Sequence record: LC739533.1
From: Escherichia phage phiWec179
Strand: one strand, 5' to 3'
Length of the DNA stretch: 64,000 nt
In this document: one piece after another, positions 62,184-64,000 of the stretch
How the letters are laid out: each line of letters starts with the position of its first letter
Numbering within the stretch: the stretch's first letter is position 1
The notes under the pieces: model-generated
Seen by the model: the letters and a program-made list of their open reading frames with translations, nothing else
Told to the model about the DNA's origin: nothing
Databases searched by the model: none
Made by a program: the position numbers and the translations under genes

Positions 62184-62804
62184 TTATACTCCTGTCATAG
62201 CCGTAAGGCCGAAGTTATTACTTGTTGAAAGAACTGAACCAGAATCGCTAACCATCATGCGTTCAACAGCAGTTTCCGTCGCCCACTCATTCCACCAAGT
62301 AGAATATGTATTTTCAGGCAGACCAACAAAGTTAATGAAGCGGTACAGACGGTTAGAAGATTCAACAATGGTATATGCTTCACAAGTGATTGCTGCATTA
62401 TCATCGCCAGCTTCTGGGTAAATAAATTCTTCAGAAGGTTGGGTGTTGAAACTTGTTGTTACTGTGTCTGCGCCTACTGTGACAACAACATCCATATTAT
62501 AATAGCGTTGGTCACGATCGTAATAAGATTTGTAAGAATTGATTGTGTCAATATAAATGTTCTTGGCAATCTCTGCCAGGAAGATTCGGTCCACAATATC
62601 TTTCTTTCGTGCTACACCGATAATCTCTTGCAGGTAAGGAACACCGAACGTGGTGTTAAGGAACCATTCCCCACGATATGTTTTGAGGGTGATCCCTAAT
62701 GTCTGCGCTGCAATCTCGGTACGAGTGGTTGTCAAAACAAGATCCCCATCATCCATGATGAGGTCGTTGTCTGATCCCAATTTTAAATCATATGGGATAC
62801 CCAT
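62184..62804 (-). CDS. Baseplate protein candidate (206 aa)
   Basis: Located between the spike-like gene and other structural genes; family call is positional. Confidence 0.45.
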   Translation of the reverse strand: MGIPYDLKLGSDNDLIMDDGDLVLTTTRTEIAAQTLGITLKTYRGEWFLNTTFGVPYLQEIIGVARKKDIVDRIFLAEIAKNIYIDTINSYKSYYDRDQRYYNMDVVVTVGADTVTTSFNTQPSEEFIYPEAGDDNAAITCEAYTIVESSNRLYRFINFVGLPENTYSTWWNEWATETAVERMMVSDSGSVLSTSNNFGLTAMTGV

Positions 62805-62806
62805 TA

Positions 62807-63541
62807 TTATGCTCCTGAAGGTTTCAAGGATTCCGCACTTGAGCTTCCGCTCTGAATGTTGCGAACCGTATGGGTGTGGGTATGGAAGCCAATACCATTA
62901 CCGTCTGTCATCAATCCGTTCTGATCAATCTGTAGTCCGTTAATGTTTGCAGACGTGCCTTTGAAAGTCATGACACCACCTGTCAAATCCAGGGTGCCGG
63001 AACCGTCTGTCATTGTTATTCCAGAAGGAGTAATATCAATCTTCATTCCTTGACTATTCCATATCGATATAGTGCCAGAAGGATCGAAAGATGCATACGT
63101 GTTTTTGTTATTTGAAATAACTACCTTCTCGGAATCTACTGCTTCTGTTGAATCGGTGCCTGTGGAAATCTTAGGAATAAAGCAAATCGGATATAAACCG
63201 CAAGGCTGCATTAATGTAGTCGTTGTGGCTGCTTCTCCAGAAGTTTGCATTGCATTCGAAGGATCTCGTTCAGAGAAAATAACAACACCAATATCACCGG
63301 ATTTAATAGGGAAGGAGATACGCCCTGTACCTCCTCCATTAACCATAAAAGGAACATCGTGGAAGGTTGGATAGTCGATAGAATCTTCTTCTGATCGCGT
63401 ATTCTTCACAATGGATTCCAGTGTCAGTGTTTTTGCACCGTAATTAACACCTGTAACTCGCACTGGTAATGAGGTATGCACCTCTGCCAGTTGTTCTGTC
63501 ATCATGCCACGCATTGCTGTGACAAAGTTCAAAGCATCCAT
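62807..63541 (-). CDS. Baseplate central spike-like protein (gpV/gp5-like candidate) (244 aa)
   Basis: Gly/Thr/Ser-rich repeats (GGGTGRISFPIKSGDIG, TPSGITMTDGSGTLDLTGG) and His-rich HTHTHT near the C-terminus. Confidence 0.5.
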   Translation of the reverse strand: MDALNFVTAMRGMMTEQLAEVHTSLPVRVTGVNYGAKTLTLESIVKNTRSEEDSIDYPTFHDVPFMVNGGGTGRISFPIKSGDIGVVIFSERDPSNAMQTSGEAATTTTLMQPCGLYPICFIPKISTGTDSTEAVDSEKVVISNNKNTYASFDPSGTISIWNSQGMKIDITPSGITMTDGSGTLDLTGGVMTFKGTSANINGLQIDQNGLMTDGNGIGFHTHTHTVRNIQSGSSSAESLKPSGA

Positions 63542-64000
63542 TATTTACCTTCCTTCGTCATGATCGCAGATACAGATACGCACTCAACCTCGGTAATCCA
63601 CTCACTACCTTCCTTGTCTCCATGATGCGATACCGACACCACTTTAAATGGTCCATCGTAATCACGACTCTTCAGCCAGATAGTTTTTTCAGGTAAGATT
63701 GCACCATTCATTTGACATTTGAACTTCACACCGTCTGTAGGTTTCTTGGCTTTCTTAGAAGCTTTAGTCACCTTCTTGGCAGGTTTGATATCGTTGTGGA
63801 ATGGTTCTGGGCTTCCTATCAACCCTGTTTCAGGACTGATGTAGGCGCTTCTTGCGTTGGACATTTGTGAACGAGGTGTAACATAAACAGACCCATCTTG
63901 AATAGACACGTTATGATCAATACTCTTACAAATGTGTTCCAGGTAGTGTGAAGTATTTCCACACATCGCTGTCGCAGAAGAAAGGGTCTGATCATTGTCG
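63541..64000 (-). CDS. Structural protein, partial (5' end beyond the window)
   Basis: The reading frame stays open upstream of the Met at 63966 to the window edge and that Met has no RBS. Confidence 0.45.
   Translation of the reverse strand, partial: DNDQTLSSATAMCGNTSHYLEHICKSIDHNVSIQDGSVYVTPRSQMSNARSAYISPETGLIGSPEPFHNDIKPAKKVTKASKKAKKPTDGVKFKCQMNGAILPEKTIWLKSRDYDGPFKVVSVSHHGDKEGSEWITEVECVSVSAIMTKEGK

Noticed and set aside
1-64000. Integrase, excisionase or repressor genes indicating a prophage
   Set aside because: None recognised; gene content and organisation fit a virulent phage.

Overview
This 64 kb window reads as part of a large virulent tailed phage genome from an enterobacterial host; no integrase or lysogeny genes, tRNAs or CRISPR arrays were found. 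Identifications are from motif recognition by eye, with no database search run. Layout: (i) 1-3112, small leftward early genes, most behind its own copy of a conserved promoter plus 5' hairpin; (ii) 3654-4470, a repeat-rich non-coding locus; (iii) 4474-9994, a leftward early operon including a NADAR-domain protein, a T5orf172-type protein and an AAA+ ATPase; (iv) 10129-46585, a rightward block with a UvrD-like helicase, anaerobic ribonucleotide reductase NrdD/NrdG, primase-helicase, family A DNA polymerase, an SSB candidate (C-terminal MDFDDDIPF tail), a four-gene glycosyltransferase block and AP2-type homing-endonuclease-like genes; (v) 46649-64000, leftward late genes for tail fibres, a beta-helix tailspike and baseplate proteins, separated by intrinsic terminators. 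The most unusual content is a phage-borne Ter-type module (TerC, TelA-like, vWA, TerD) at 26343-33564, with a HAD-like hydrolase, a phosphoribosyltransferase and a TARG1-like macro domain immediately upstream (24058-26026). Together with the NADAR protein and a DUF2829 (Tad2-family-like) protein, this suggests heavy investment in ADP-ribose/NAD-related counter-defence.
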